The notes under the pieces were generated by a model, which was not told where the DNA came from, ran no database searches, and saw nothing but the letters and a program-made list of their open reading frames with translations. A program made the position numbers and the translations under genes. This document shows, piece after piece, positions 26,341 to 35,697 of a DNA stretch of 54,562 bases; position 1 is the first letter of the stretch, and each line of letters starts with the position of its first letter. The stretch is from an uncultured Gemmatimonadaceae bacterium (lineage in GTDB: Bacteria; Gemmatimonadota; Gemmatimonadetes; Gemmatimonadales; Gemmatimonadaceae): assembly GCA_964392395.1 (NCBI GenBank), contig CAYMQV010000003.1, positions 1 through 54,562 of the forward strand. Reading direction: 5' to 3'.

Positions 26341-27516
26341 TCAGGGCACCGGCCAGCCGTCGGTCCACGTATTCGCCATGCGCAGCCAGCCACCGTACCG
26401 ATTGAGCGCGCTGGCGACGTGGCACGAGTTGTACTGAACCAGGAAGTTACCGTTGCCCACGCCGCCCCGACCCGGATACGTCTGCGGCAGGTAGGGAAAC
26501 GTCGACAGCGGCACGATCTTCACGTTCAGGCCGGTGATCAGCGAACCCTTCACACGGGTCGCGGCACCGCTCAGCGTGATCTCGCCGCCGACGAGCACTA
26601 CCCCATCCCAGGTGATGTTCGTGAGGCTGGCGTTTCCGGTCACGATCAGGATTCCGCGACCGGCGAAGTTGTCGCCATTGGTGATGTTACCGGTGACGCG
26701 GACCACCGGCCAGTTGGTATACGATGCGGGGAACGCGCCGGTGCTCGGCGAGACCGTGCGGTTGATCGTGAAGTCTGGTTGAAGAACCGAACCGTCCAGC
26801 ACCCCTTCCCAATCCACGCGCACCTGGGTGTTAGCCGTACCGGCGGTCTCGCCAAATCCGGACGGACCGAGGTACGAAGGGGCATTGTCGGGCGAGCCAT
26901 CGATGTAGTTGTTCGCGCTCGGGCTGTTGCTGCCCGGCGTGTACATGCCGTTCGGCACACCCAGGCCGGGGATCGTGGCGCTCGCTCCGCATTCGTCCAC
27001 ACCGGATACACCGCCCGACGTACCGTTCTTGTCCAGGCCGTTCAACGCCACGAATGCGGCATCCACATCCAGGTTCGAGATCTGGCGCTGTACCACTTGT
27101 GACAGCGTGCGAGTGGCCGCCGGTGTGGTGGTGCTGGTACGCCGCCCGTTCACCGTGCCGACGGAGCGCAACACGAACGTGGCCGAGTTGCCGGAGACGG
27201 CGCTGCGCACGCGATCGAGGGTCACCACTGCCGTGCCGTTCCCGATCGTATAGGTGGCCGTGTTGGGCAGGGTCGCTGGTGTCGACGTGGTGACGATCAG
27301 ATATCGCTCGAGCCCGGCATAGGCCACGTTCCAGGCATCAGCCTGCGCGCGCATGTTGGTGGTCGTCGAGTACTCGCTGCTGGACCGCGCGAAGCCAGCC
27401 GCGGCACCGAGAGACATGACCACGATCAGGATCAGAACGAGCACCATCGCCATGCCGCGACGCGCCTGGAGTCGCGGAGTCGAATGCTCGGGACGTGCCA
27501 TCGCTGCTTGGCGCAT
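26341..27516 (-). CDS. PilX-like pilus assembly protein (N-terminal PilX-type hydrophobic segment, large beta-rich C-terminal domain)
   Basis: RRGMAMVLVLILIVVMSLGAAAGF lacks Glu5, as in PilX/GspK-type proteins. The C-terminus has GRGILIVTGNASL...GVVLVGGEITLSG repeats seen in PilX-family proteins. The start shares TGATG with the upstream stop. Confidence 0.7.
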   Translation of the reverse strand: MRQAAMARPEHSTPRLQARRGMAMVLVLILIVVMSLGAAAGFARSSSEYSTTTNMRAQADAWNVAYAGLERYLIVTTSTPATLPNTATYTIGNGTAVVTLDRVRSAVSGNSATFVLRSVGTVNGRRTSTTTPAATRTLSQVVQRQISNLDVDAAFVALNGLDKNGTSGGVSGVDECGASATIPGLGVPNGMYTPGSNSPSANNYIDGSPDNAPSYLGPSGFGETAGTANTQVRVDWEGVLDGSVLQPDFTINRTVSPSTGAFPASYTNWPVVRVTGNITNGDNFAGRGILIVTGNASLTNITWDGVVLVGGEITLSGAATRVKGSLITGLNVKIVPLSTFPYLPQTYPGRGGVGNGNFLVQYNSCHVASALNRYGGWLRMANTWTDGWPVP

Positions 27517-28406
27517 CAGTCGGGCCTGTTCAGGAAAATGATCGACGTCAGTACGCGGAACTGTTCGGCCCGGGATGCTCCGCGCGCCGTGCCGACGCTC
27601 TCGCCGGTCAGGCGAAGCTCGACGCCGCGCAGATTGGCCAGTGACGTGGGGGCTGTGTCCGAGACCGCGCGCACGTTGTTGATGAAGAAGCCGAACCGGG
27701 AGCTGGCTTCCAGCGGCGCCGCCAGCTCATCCGACTGCGTCACGACTCCGAAATTATCCAACTGGCGCCGCCACAACGCCGTGCGCCCAGGCAGGACGGC
27801 TGACGCCGCAATCTCATATCGAACACGTCGCCAGAGCACCACCGGTGTCCCAGGCGGAATCGCAGTCGGGACGCTGATGCCGGACATCGCGAGTACCGCA
27901 CTTCCGGAGATCAGCGTCATACTCGCTGGCGCCAGCGTACACACCGTCGAGGCGCCGGCTACCGGACCGATCGTACTGTTGACGTATCCGTACTCGCCAC
28001 TCGACTGCAGGGCGGCAAATCCGTTGTAGCCGAGGCTCGTTGTCGCAATCGTGGTGTCGGCGGGCAGCATCGCGGCCGTGACCAAACCCGGGTTGCCAGT
28101 CGTCGACGAACAGGCGATCCCCATTCGAAACGGGACGCGGATCGTCAGGCTGGTTGCAGTTGCCGCCTCAACACCACTACCCGCAGACACCATGCGCAGT
28201 TCGGATGTGGCCAGATTCATCCCGGCCCGCGCCGTGCCTCGCGCTTCGCGCCCGGACTCGATACGATCAATGAATCGGCCGCTGCTGATCATGGTGCGGA
28301 CGAGCGCCGCGCCGAGCACGGACGTCACCAGCATTCCAATCATCATCTCGATGATCGTAAAGCCGGGGCGACGCGACGAGATGCGTGCACATGGCGCGGC
28401 CGACAT
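27516..28406 (-). CDS. PilW-like minor (pseudo)pilin with prepilin-type N-terminal methylation motif
   Basis: The ORF track extends to 28877 through Arg-rich junk. The ATG at 28406 gives MSAAPCARISSRRPGFTIIEMMIGMLVTSVLGAALV, with the class III signal G|FTIIE. Confidence 0.75.
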   Translation of the reverse strand: MSAAPCARISSRRPGFTIIEMMIGMLVTSVLGAALVRTMISSGRFIDRIESGREARGTARAGMNLATSELRMVSAGSGVEAATATSLTIRVPFRMGIACSSTTGNPGLVTAAMLPADTTIATTSLGYNGFAALQSSGEYGYVNSTIGPVAGASTVCTLAPASMTLISGSAVLAMSGISVPTAIPPGTPVVLWRRVRYEIAASAVLPGRTALWRRQLDNFGVVTQSDELAAPLEASSRFGFFINNVRAVSDTAPTSLANLRGVELRLTGESVGTARGASRAEQFRVLTSIIFLNRPD

Positions 28407-28837
28407 CACGGCGTTCCCGCGAGATCGAGCGCGCCGACGTTCGCCGCCCGGACGACCGTGAGGCTTTCGGCGCGGAAGGGGGCATTCGTCACGCTTGCAG
28501 CGCGGTCGCTGGTGGCGGGCGTCCCGACCGGCGCGACTACCACCGCGACGCGCTGCTCGCGGCTGCTGAGGTTCGTGACGCGAGTGCAGCGTTGGAAATT
28601 CCAGGGCGCCACGGTCAGCGTATCGCACGCCACGCCCGGGACGGTTGCCGCTGCCGGGACCGCTGTGGCACGCGTGTACTCCGACAGCATCATCGATACC
28701 TGCTGCGTCGATCCCGCCGCCAGGCTGCCGCGCGCGCTGCCCATCATCGCCAGTTTTGCGATGCCCACCGCCGAGACGCCGAAGACGGAAACCGCGACGA
28801 GGATTTCGATGATCGAGATTCCATTGCGAATTTTCAT
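28406..28837 (-). CDS. PilV-like minor (pseudo)pilin
   Basis: The ATG at 28837 gives MKIRNGISIIEILVAVSVFGVSAVG, a prepilin motif with Glu5. The protein is 143 aa. Confidence 0.7.
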   Translation of the reverse strand: MKIRNGISIIEILVAVSVFGVSAVGIAKLAMMGSARGSLAAGSTQQVSMMLSEYTRATAVPAAATVPGVACDTLTVAPWNFQRCTRVTNLSSREQRVAVVVAPVGTPATSDRAASVTNAPFRAESLTVVRAANVGALDLAGTP

Positions 28838-29292
28838 CAGTTGATCCGGACGAGCCCCGACCGCAATGCGACGACACGCTTGACGGACGAACCCTGGGTG
28901 AGTGAAATCGAGAAGCCCTGTGTCGCCAGGCCCGCCGGGCCGATCACGACGGGGAGTGAACTGTTGCTCGGCGACCAGACCATCGATCCGACTTCGAAGC
29001 CGGAGTTGCGGTTGAAGATGCGCTCGAAACGCACGACCCCCGTCGCCTGATCGGTGAGCCGGCACCGCAGTGCCACGGCGTCACACGCGAAGAGCATCGG
29101 CCGGCGCGCCCGGGCCGCCAGAGAGAAACCGGTCTCGATGTCCGCCGCCATGACCGATGCGGCGCCCTTGACCGTCTGGCCCGAGACGGACCGGGCCAGC
29201 GTGGGCGCCGCGACAGCTGCCAGAATGCCGACCATCATCATGACGATCAGCATCTCGATCATTGTGAAACCACGACGGAGCGAAGGGGACAT
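28837..29292 (-). CDS. FimT/GspH-like minor (pseudo)pilin
   Basis: MSPSLRRGFTMIEMLIVMMMVGILAAVAAP. GAGAGG lies 3 nt upstream of the ATG at 29292. An upstream GTG at 29316 is an alternative start. Confidence 0.75.
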   Translation of the reverse strand: MSPSLRRGFTMIEMLIVMMMVGILAAVAAPTLARSVSGQTVKGAASVMAADIETGFSLAARARRPMLFACDAVALRCRLTDQATGVVRFERIFNRNSGFEVGSMVWSPSNSSLPVVIGPAGLATQGFSISLTQGSSVKRVVALRSGLVRIN

Positions 29293-29946
29293 CAGCCTCT
29301 CGAGGGGAGGGAACACCCTGCAGGCGAATTTCCTTGAAACGGGTAACGCGAAACGGGGTCACTCGGCGCGTCAGGTGTTTATTGTCCGCGTCGTGAGGCG
29401 CCGGACCGCGCCCCAGCGGCCGAGGTGGGTCGGGATCTGGTCGAGCACCGACAAATGTGGAATCGATACACGGTTGACCTCACGTTACGATCGTGCGCGC
29501 GGCCAGACTCGCCGGTAGTCGCTTGCGGACTGACTCGGCTCAGCAGCGGACGGACGACGTCACGGTGACACGGCAACTCCGCCGCGCGGCCCGCTGTGCG
29601 CAGGTCCTCGGGCTGGTTCCACGTCTATCAGGCCAGGCCAGACGTTTTCATATCACGCGCGACCAGAGGCGGGGCAGGCCGCACGATGGGCTGACGTCAA
29701 CCCGTGCTGCTGCCAGCGTCGGATTTGCCAGTCGATTGTGAAGCGTTTCGACGTAGAACTGGGGAGCCAGTTTCGCATGACCGCCAGCGCGATGGAAGCA
29801 CGCCATGGGTCAGCGACATCGCCGAATAGATGGTCACCGTGCGGCCGGCTATCTGATTCGCTGCAGCAGAGGTTTGCGTCAGAAGACCCCAGGAAGAAGT
29901 CGGTGCTCGAGCCCTGCCTGGCGCCGAGTGATGGGGGCCTCTGCCG

Positions 29947-30651
29947 TTACCTCGGCGCGTTGACCATGACCGTCGGAGCACTCCGGATCGTGAGTGGTTC
30001 CCAGATCATCTCGTATCCTGTAGGCGTCCGCTCCAGGCGCCCAACGCGCATGCCCGTATTGTTCGCATCGTTCGGCTCGCCCGCCGCGAGGATTCGCGCC
30101 GTGACAGTGAAGGACTTCCCAAGCTCGAGGCTGACAGTCGTCTGCCCGCTGCGTGTGAGGACGCGACTCTGGACATATGTGCGCTCTCCGGGCCCGATAC
30201 TTCCGAGGATCTTGCTGGGCGCAATGCGGAACGTGCCCGACGCGACGGCCGAACGGGTGCTGCCCCCGCTCGATGAACGCGGGACAACGCTCACCCCACC
30301 TGATGGACGCCCCGCTCGCGCGGGTGTCGAGGGGCCAACAATGTCCCGGAGCGTAAAGGAGTATTCCACCGTGCCGCTCGACGACCACCGCACATTCCCC
30401 TGATTGGTCAAAGTGACCCCCACCTCCAGAAAATCCGTCTGCAGGTTCTGATTATCTACGAGCCTGTGGCCCGGATCGGATACCTCCATATGGCCTCGGG
30501 ACAACCCCATTTGCTCGATGACCAGATCGGGGCCCTCGATCACCCTGGTTGCGACCGGCGCCGTCTGGCGAATCGGTCTGGCCTGTGCCCGCACCATGGG
30601 AGCCATGCAGACAATTACAGTGGCAGCAGCGACGATGCGGATTGACGGCAT
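29947..30651 (-). CDS. secreted CARDB-like protein, paralog A
   Basis: The ATG at 30651 gives the signal MPSIRIVAAATVIVCMAPMVRAQA. TLTNQGNVRW, GSIGPGERTY and AAGEPNDANN match the CARDB pattern (TNxG ... PGE ... E/D-x-NN). It is clearly paralogous to 35698..36390. Confidence 0.7.
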   Translation of the reverse strand: MPSIRIVAAATVIVCMAPMVRAQARPIRQTAPVATRVIEGPDLVIEQMGLSRGHMEVSDPGHRLVDNQNLQTDFLEVGVTLTNQGNVRWSSSGTVEYSFTLRDIVGPSTPARAGRPSGGVSVVPRSSSGGSTRSAVASGTFRIAPSKILGSIGPGERTYVQSRVLTRSGQTTVSLELGKSFTVTARILAAGEPNDANNTGMRVGRLERTPTGYEMIWEPLTIRSAPTVMVNAPR

Positions 30652-30838
30652 GCGGCGACTCCGACGAAAGAGGGGGCCTGCGCGCGCGTCCGACCGACTG
30701 GAGTCGGCATCGACCGCAAACACTTTACAAGCGTGCCGCCAAGTCCGGAGCTCCGCCAGTGGCCGGAGACGGAGTATCTGGTGACCTCAGCCTCGGCCGA
30801 ACCGACGGCGCAGGTCGATCCGCTGTCGTCTCTCGGGG

Positions 30839-30872
30839 TAGGAATCTCGATCCGGATGCGATAGGAATCTCG
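30839..30872 (+). promoter_or_regulatory. direct repeat TAGGAATCTCG x2 (23-bp phasing) upstream of 30935 gene
   Basis: Perfect 11-mers at 30839-30849 and 30862-30872. They lie 63-96 nt upstream of the ATG at 30935, in the divergent region shared with paralog A. Confidence 0.3.
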
Positions 30873-30934
30873 TGTGCTGGCGCGCGCCACCGTGCGCCCC
30901 GGTCGTGGCGCGGCTTTAGCGAAGGGAGATCGCG

Positions 30935-31372
30935 ATGCAACGGAGTCGCTGGCAGTCGAGGCGCATTCTGATGGCCGTCGGGTTACTCGGCCTGGTCGCC
31001 GCGGACGTTGCGGCGCAGAGCCCCGCGCCGCCGCCAGCCTCCGCTACGGTTGACTCGGCGCACCCGGGACATCAACCCGACCTTCGCGTTCGACTCATCG
31101 ATCGGCGCACGCGCGCTCCGCTCCGTCGGCGTACCGTGACGGTGTACAGCGACAACGGACTGCGTTGCCTTCGCCCACCCTGTGCCGCCAACGGCGAGCA
31201 GTGGGAAGGACGTACTGACTCGACTGGTGTGGCGGTCCTGCCGGGCCGGTTGCGGCAGGAGTCGATGCATCTCTGGGCCAATGGCTACTCGGCGCGCATC
31301 GATCTCCTCGCCAGCGCCGTGCGCCGCACCGCCAACTCGTGGGTGGTGGCGCTGCGGCGCGATCGCCAGTGA
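30935..31372 (+). CDS. small secreted protein, carboxypeptidase-regulatory-like beta-sandwich (tentative)
   Basis: Signal peptide ILMAVGLLGLVAADVAAQ. DLRVRLIDRRTRAPLRRRTVTVYSDNG...GRTDSTGVAVLPG resembles CarboxypepD_reg-type domains. Confidence 0.6.
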   Translation: MQRSRWQSRRILMAVGLLGLVAADVAAQSPAPPPASATVDSAHPGHQPDLRVRLIDRRTRAPLRRRTVTVYSDNGLRCLRPPCAANGEQWEGRTDSTGVAVLPGRLRQESMHLWANGYSARIDLLASAVRRTANSWVVALRRDRQ

Positions 31373-31673
31373 TGGGACCGCGCCCTGCCTGGCCGTCGAC
31401 TGAAGGACGCGGGCTCGACGACGCAGCGGCTTCGGAACGTCCTTGCCCCGATCCGCGTACCGCCGGTGCCCCGTCCGGGCAGACCGTCCGCCGGGTTCAA
31501 CGATGGCATGCCAGCCTGCGTGCGTCGAACGCGCGGCAGACGTGAGTCATGCGGTTGCCGAGGTCAGCGATTCGCTGCGGTAGTCGGACATGATCCGCCT
31601 GTCGCGTGTGCTCCGCATGTCGCGCTCTCCTTCGTCAGTGTGGATCAACGGCCGTGCACCGCATGCATTCAGC

Positions 31674-34600
31674 TTACAGTTTGGAGCAGATGCCGCCACC
31701 ACCGTACGCTCCAAGCACCGCGTCGCCCTTGCTGATCCAGTCGGCGACCTGCTCGGCGGTCCTGGCGCCGACGCCTTTCAGCACCGGCCCGACCGCGCCG
31801 GTGGCCAAGGAGCAGGGCAGTTCGCCGAGGCTGCCGATATCGCCCGGTTGTGCCTCGAGGGTGGCGAGGGTGAGCGTTGCCGCGTGCAGCTTGCTGAGCT
31901 TGGTCTGTTCCACGGAGAGCCAGGCGCCGAAACCGTAGCTGCCACCGAGCATCGAGGCTGCGACGCCGATGTTGTTCAGAATGGTCGACGCGCGTTGGAA
32001 CACGGCATTGATCTCCTCCACTTCTCCGCCGCCGCTGCCATCCGGGAGCACGCCGATCAGCGTGCCGTTCTTCGGCGTGACGGCCCAGAATGCGGCCACC
32101 GACGCATCGGCCGCGACGAGGCGCGCACGTGCCCGCCAGACCGGTGCATCGGCGATGCGCGCGAGCGGCGCCAACTGATCCGCGTCAAGATCACGCAAGA
32201 CGGTGGCGACCGCGCGACCCGGCGGAACGAGCACGAGCTGTTTGCCCGCGAGCAGCGCCGCCGTGGACGTGGAGAAGCCCACCTGTTCGATCAGCGCCAG
32301 ACGCGCGGTGCGCTCGAGAGTACGACGCGTATCCGCGCCGCCGTCCGCACCGATGGTGGACACGCGCAGCATCGGGAGCACATCGACGCGACGGAGCCCG
32401 GGTTTGCCGGGTCGGCGTCGCGCGGTGAGCAGCACCGCCGACAGCCCGTCGGCGAAGGTGCAGCTGTTGCCATCGTTGGGGCGATGCCACTGCGGCTGAT
32501 AGGCGAAGCATTCAGCGGCAACGGCATACGGTGCCTTCGCGAGCGCGGCAGCGGTAGCGCGGTCGTCCTTCGCGGCAATGGCGCGCAGGATCGGCTCTTG
32601 CGCGAGCATGCCGGAGAAGACGTCATCGAGCCAGGCAGCGGCGGTTGGCGGACCGCCCTCGAATGCCAGCACGGCCGTGCCGAAGAGCGCCGCCTCCACC
32701 TCATCGGGCGCGCCTTCGGCGAGCGTGCGCAGGTGCACCTCGCCTCCCGACTCCACGCTCACATAGAGCCCGGCGAGGGCATCGGGGCGCACGCGTGCGG
32801 TGGCAGCCGGCACGGTGTAGGACGCGGTGGCCTCCACGCTCCGCCCGGCGATCGTGACCCGCACGGCTCGGGTGGACGGCCCATCGACCGTTGCGAGATA
32901 GCGCAGTTGATGCGCAGCATCCGCCCGCTCGCCAAGGAGCCGACGCACGGCAGCCACGGCGGCGTCCGGCGTCGTGGCGCTCGTGGACACGCCACCCGAG
33001 GCATCGGCGAGGGCCGCAAGTGTTGCCTTCTCCGCCGCGCCAATGCCGACCAGCACGGAGGGCGGCCCGGAGGCAATGCGGGCCAGCCACTCCGGGCGCG
33101 GTTGATCGCTGGCCTTGCCGTCGGTGATGAGGACGACGACCGTAGGGTCCGCTGCCGTCCGCGCGTCAGACAACGACTGCCACAGGCCAGACTCGAACGA
33201 CCTCGGCAGATGTGTGCGCGCGGCCTCCTCGATGGCATCAGCGTCGGTCAGCCACGGCTCCGCCTTGGGACGCTCACCGATGGCACGCACCCGCAGCCGG
33301 AGGCCAGGGACGTCCGCGAGCAGCGCGTCTGCCAGCGACCGGATGACGCGGAGCGCGCCGCCGCCGCGGAAGTCGGCGGGCAAGCTCGCGGAGCCATCCA
33401 GCAGAAGCAGAACGCGCGGCGCGCGTCGATTACGGAGGAGCAGTGCTGCGACCGCTGCGCCCTCTTCCTGACAAACGAAGGCCGAGGCCGGCAGCCCCTC
33501 GATTGCGACGCCGGCGGCATCGCGCGCGGTGACGTCGAGCAGCACCGAAGGAAAAGCGGTCCCGCGGGCGGTGACCGTCAATGAGGCCACCCGCGCGAGC
33601 AGCGCCGGGTTCGGCGTCGCCTCTGCCAGTGGTTCTTCATTCAGTCGCACCGCGCCATTCGCATCGAGGTCGATGAGGTCGCCTTGCAGCGTGATGGCGC
33701 GGCCGGTGCGGGTCTGGCGTGCCCGCTCGACATCGGTGAATGCTGCACCGCGCAACGCGATCAGCGGCAGGACGGTGCGCACCTGATCGATCCGCATGCG
33801 GAGCAGCTCGGCGGCGGCCACCGGAGGCGGAAAGCCGAGTATGATCTGCCGTCCGGCGAGTTCCGCGGCCGTCCACGCGGCACTCACCAACTCGATGCGC
33901 CCGTCCGGTGCTGAGGAGCGCGATGCGAGAAGCGCGATGCGCACGGTGGGGGTAGCCAGCGGCGCCGCCGCGGTCGAGGGCGGCCCCAGAAGGATATCGG
34001 CGTTGAAGTCGGCGCCAGGCAGGTTCGGATTGGCGAATTGCACACCCGCGCGCGTTCGCACGCGAACGAGCGGGAGCTCGATGGAGCGGCGCCCGACACG
34101 TTGCACGGGCGCCGTCAGAAGATCGCCGAGCAGGTCGGCCAGCTGCGTGGCGAGCGCAGCGGCTGCACGGTCATCCGGATCGAGCGGCGGCAGGCGCGAT
34201 GGCTCCGCGCCGCCACGCGCCGCTGCCGCCAGTACGGCGTCGTCCGCGGGCCGCAGCCTCGGCGCGAAGTCGGCCGGCACGTGCCCTCTCAGCAGCGTGA
34301 ACGGATCGTCGTCGGGAAGCGCGACGCGGCCGGCAACCACCTCGGCGTCGAACCCGGCAGCGCGATACAACTGCGTCAGCAGTTCGGCCTTCTCGCGCGG
34401 TGTTCCAGCGCCGCACCGAAGCGCGGCGCGCGTGCCCCAGCGCATGGCCCGCACGGGCGCCGCAAAACCGTCGGCGTCGTCCGGCAAGGTGCGGATCCGA
34501 TCGCGCACGAACCGATGGAGGCCCGGCGCGTCTTTCTGCGCAACGAGGGCACGGGCCACGAACTCCAGATGATCGGGCGAACGGCGGACAGACTCACGAA

Positions 34601-34733
34601 GTCGGCGCAGCGCTTCGAAGGGATCGGTGATCGCCGCGATAGGCGCGTCAGAAGCAGAGCTTCGACAGCCCAGAACGCCGAGGGCGACGCCGAGCGCGGT
34701 GGCCTGCAGCAAATCGCGGCGCGAGAGTGACAT
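31674..34733 (-). CDS. large Tat-exported lipoprotein with transglutaminase-like segment and von Willebrand factor A domain
   Basis: MSLSRRDLLQATALGVALGVLGC carries both a Tat motif and a lipobox. Residues ~95-135 (ALRCGAGTPREKAELLTQLYRAAGFDAEVVAG) look like a transglutaminase core. The vWA region is residues ~438-600, with the MIDAS-type DGSAS at nt 33384-33398 and VVVLITDGKASD. About 400 C-terminal aa are unassigned. Confidence 0.8.
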   Translation of the reverse strand: MSLSRRDLLQATALGVALGVLGCRSSASDAPIAAITDPFEALRRLRESVRRSPDHLEFVARALVAQKDAPGLHRFVRDRIRTLPDDADGFAAPVRAMRWGTRAALRCGAGTPREKAELLTQLYRAAGFDAEVVAGRVALPDDDPFTLLRGHVPADFAPRLRPADDAVLAAAARGGAEPSRLPPLDPDDRAAAALATQLADLLGDLLTAPVQRVGRRSIELPLVRVRTRAGVQFANPNLPGADFNADILLGPPSTAAAPLATPTVRIALLASRSSAPDGRIELVSAAWTAAELAGRQIILGFPPPVAAAELLRMRIDQVRTVLPLIALRGAAFTDVERARQTRTGRAITLQGDLIDLDANGAVRLNEEPLAEATPNPALLARVASLTVTARGTAFPSVLLDVTARDAAGVAIEGLPASAFVCQEEGAAVAALLLRNRRAPRVLLLLDGSASLPADFRGGGALRVIRSLADALLADVPGLRLRVRAIGERPKAEPWLTDADAIEEAARTHLPRSFESGLWQSLSDARTAADPTVVVLITDGKASDQPRPEWLARIASGPPSVLVGIGAAEKATLAALADASGGVSTSATTPDAAVAAVRRLLGERADAAHQLRYLATVDGPSTRAVRVTIAGRSVEATASYTVPAATARVRPDALAGLYVSVESGGEVHLRTLAEGAPDEVEAALFGTAVLAFEGGPPTAAAWLDDVFSGMLAQEPILRAIAAKDDRATAAALAKAPYAVAAECFAYQPQWHRPNDGNSCTFADGLSAVLLTARRRPGKPGLRRVDVLPMLRVSTIGADGGADTRRTLERTARLALIEQVGFSTSTAALLAGKQLVLVPPGRAVATVLRDLDADQLAPLARIADAPVWRARARLVAADASVAAFWAVTPKNGTLIGVLPDGSGGGEVEEINAVFQRASTILNNIGVAASMLGGSYGFGAWLSVEQTKLSKLHAATLTLATLEAQPGDIGSLGELPCSLATGAVGPVLKGVGARTAEQVADWISKGDAVLGAYGGGGICSKL

Positions 34734-34748
34734 CGTGATGGCGAGCGC

Positions 34749-35369
34749 TCAGAGCCTGGTTGCCATGACGCGACTGCATTCGAACGTGCCGCGCACCGTC
34801 CAGAATTTGCGGGTCCTGTCCGTGTACGGACCGATGATGAACGAGCCACTCCGTTCATCCGGGTTGATCGTCACGGAGGCCGCACCGCCCGCGGTGTTTA
34901 TGGTCTGATCCCACATGCGCTTGCCTTTTCCTTCTGGGCGGAAGAGCCACGACTTTGCTTCGGTTTTCGGACCCAGAGGGAAGTGCTGCGGATAGGTTCC
35001 GGCACCCGCGTACCGGACACTCCGGTCCCATGGGTAGCCGCCGACCTGCAGGCTCAACGACACGCCGGGGTCGCTGAAGTTGGGGCCATCGGGGCCGATG
35101 GTGGCGTCGAACGCCAGCGTGTAGGTCCCAATCCGTTTGTTCTGCAGGCAGCCAACGAGGCGTATGGGAGCAGCGACCCTGCGGCCGCGAAGCGCCATTT
35201 GCGCCGGCGCGAGGGCCGGAAAGCCGCCGGCGCTGCGTGACAGCTGGTAGGAGGAGGAGACGCGGCCACCGGCCAGGATCTCGTACGTAAGCTTGATTGT
35301 GCCGGAGTCGGCCTGTGCACGGGCGACGCTGGGCAACAGCACGAGCAGGACAAAACCGAACGGGCGCAT
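34749..35369 (-). CDS. secreted protein of unknown function (206 aa)
   Basis: The ATG at 35369 gives the signal MRPFGFVLLVLLPSVARAQA. The gene ends 15 nt upstream of the vWA lipoprotein start, so the two are probably co-transcribed. Confidence 0.7.
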   Translation of the reverse strand: MRPFGFVLLVLLPSVARAQADSGTIKLTYEILAGGRVSSSYQLSRSAGGFPALAPAQMALRGRRVAAPIRLVGCLQNKRIGTYTLAFDATIGPDGPNFSDPGVSLSLQVGGYPWDRSVRYAGAGTYPQHFPLGPKTEAKSWLFRPEGKGKRMWDQTINTAGGAASVTINPDERSGSFIIGPYTDRTRKFWTVRGTFECSRVMATRL

Positions 35370-35618
35370 GGTCACCTCGGAGCAGCGGGAACGAGCACGA
35401 ACCGGAAGGATCGCGGATCGGGAGAGCAGGTGGAACGGCACCGTGTGGCCGGGCGAATATACTGCGCCCGCCGCGCTCCTGGTCAAAGAAAGCGTTGGGC
35501 CGGCTGGCGTCGGGAGGACGGCGCCGAGGGGCAGATAATGTGGCGCGCAGGAGAACCAGTCGTGTCAGCGTTGGAGCTCTGTCTTGTCAGGGCCTCCACC
35601 GCGCTTAGTGTAGAAGTC

Positions 35619-35643
35619 AACGCCGTGCGCGAAACGCCGTGCG
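35619..35643 (+). promoter_or_regulatory. direct repeat AACGCCGTGCG x2 (14-bp phasing) upstream of paralog B
   Basis: Perfect 11-mers at 35619-35629 and 35633-35643. They lie 55-79 nt upstream of the ATG at 35698, in the 328-bp divergent region. Confidence 0.25.
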
Positions 35644-35697
35644 TCACTGCCGTCCACTGGCACACCGAACGTGATTCCCCATCCGAGGCGAACACCA

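Noticed and set aside
26006-26437. 143-aa plus-strand ORF downstream of the CIA30-like gene
   Set aside because: Its last ~100 nt are antisense to the PilX-like C-terminus, it has no motifs or signal peptide, and it lies in a lower-GC non-coding-looking stretch. It is possibly a relic, but unsupported.
29318-29335. Sigma-54-like -24/-12 element (minus strand AAGGAAATTCGCCTGCAG) about 26 nt upstream of the FimT-like start
   Set aside because: The GG and GC dinucleotides have the right 12-nt offset, but only about half of the consensus TGGCACG-N4-TTGCA positions match. No enhancer-binding-protein gene is nearby. This is too weak to call.
31590-33584. 664-aa plus-strand ORF antisense to the vWA lipoprotein gene
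   Set aside because: It is Arg/Gly/His-rich with no motifs. The opposite strand carries Tat/lipobox/vWA signatures.
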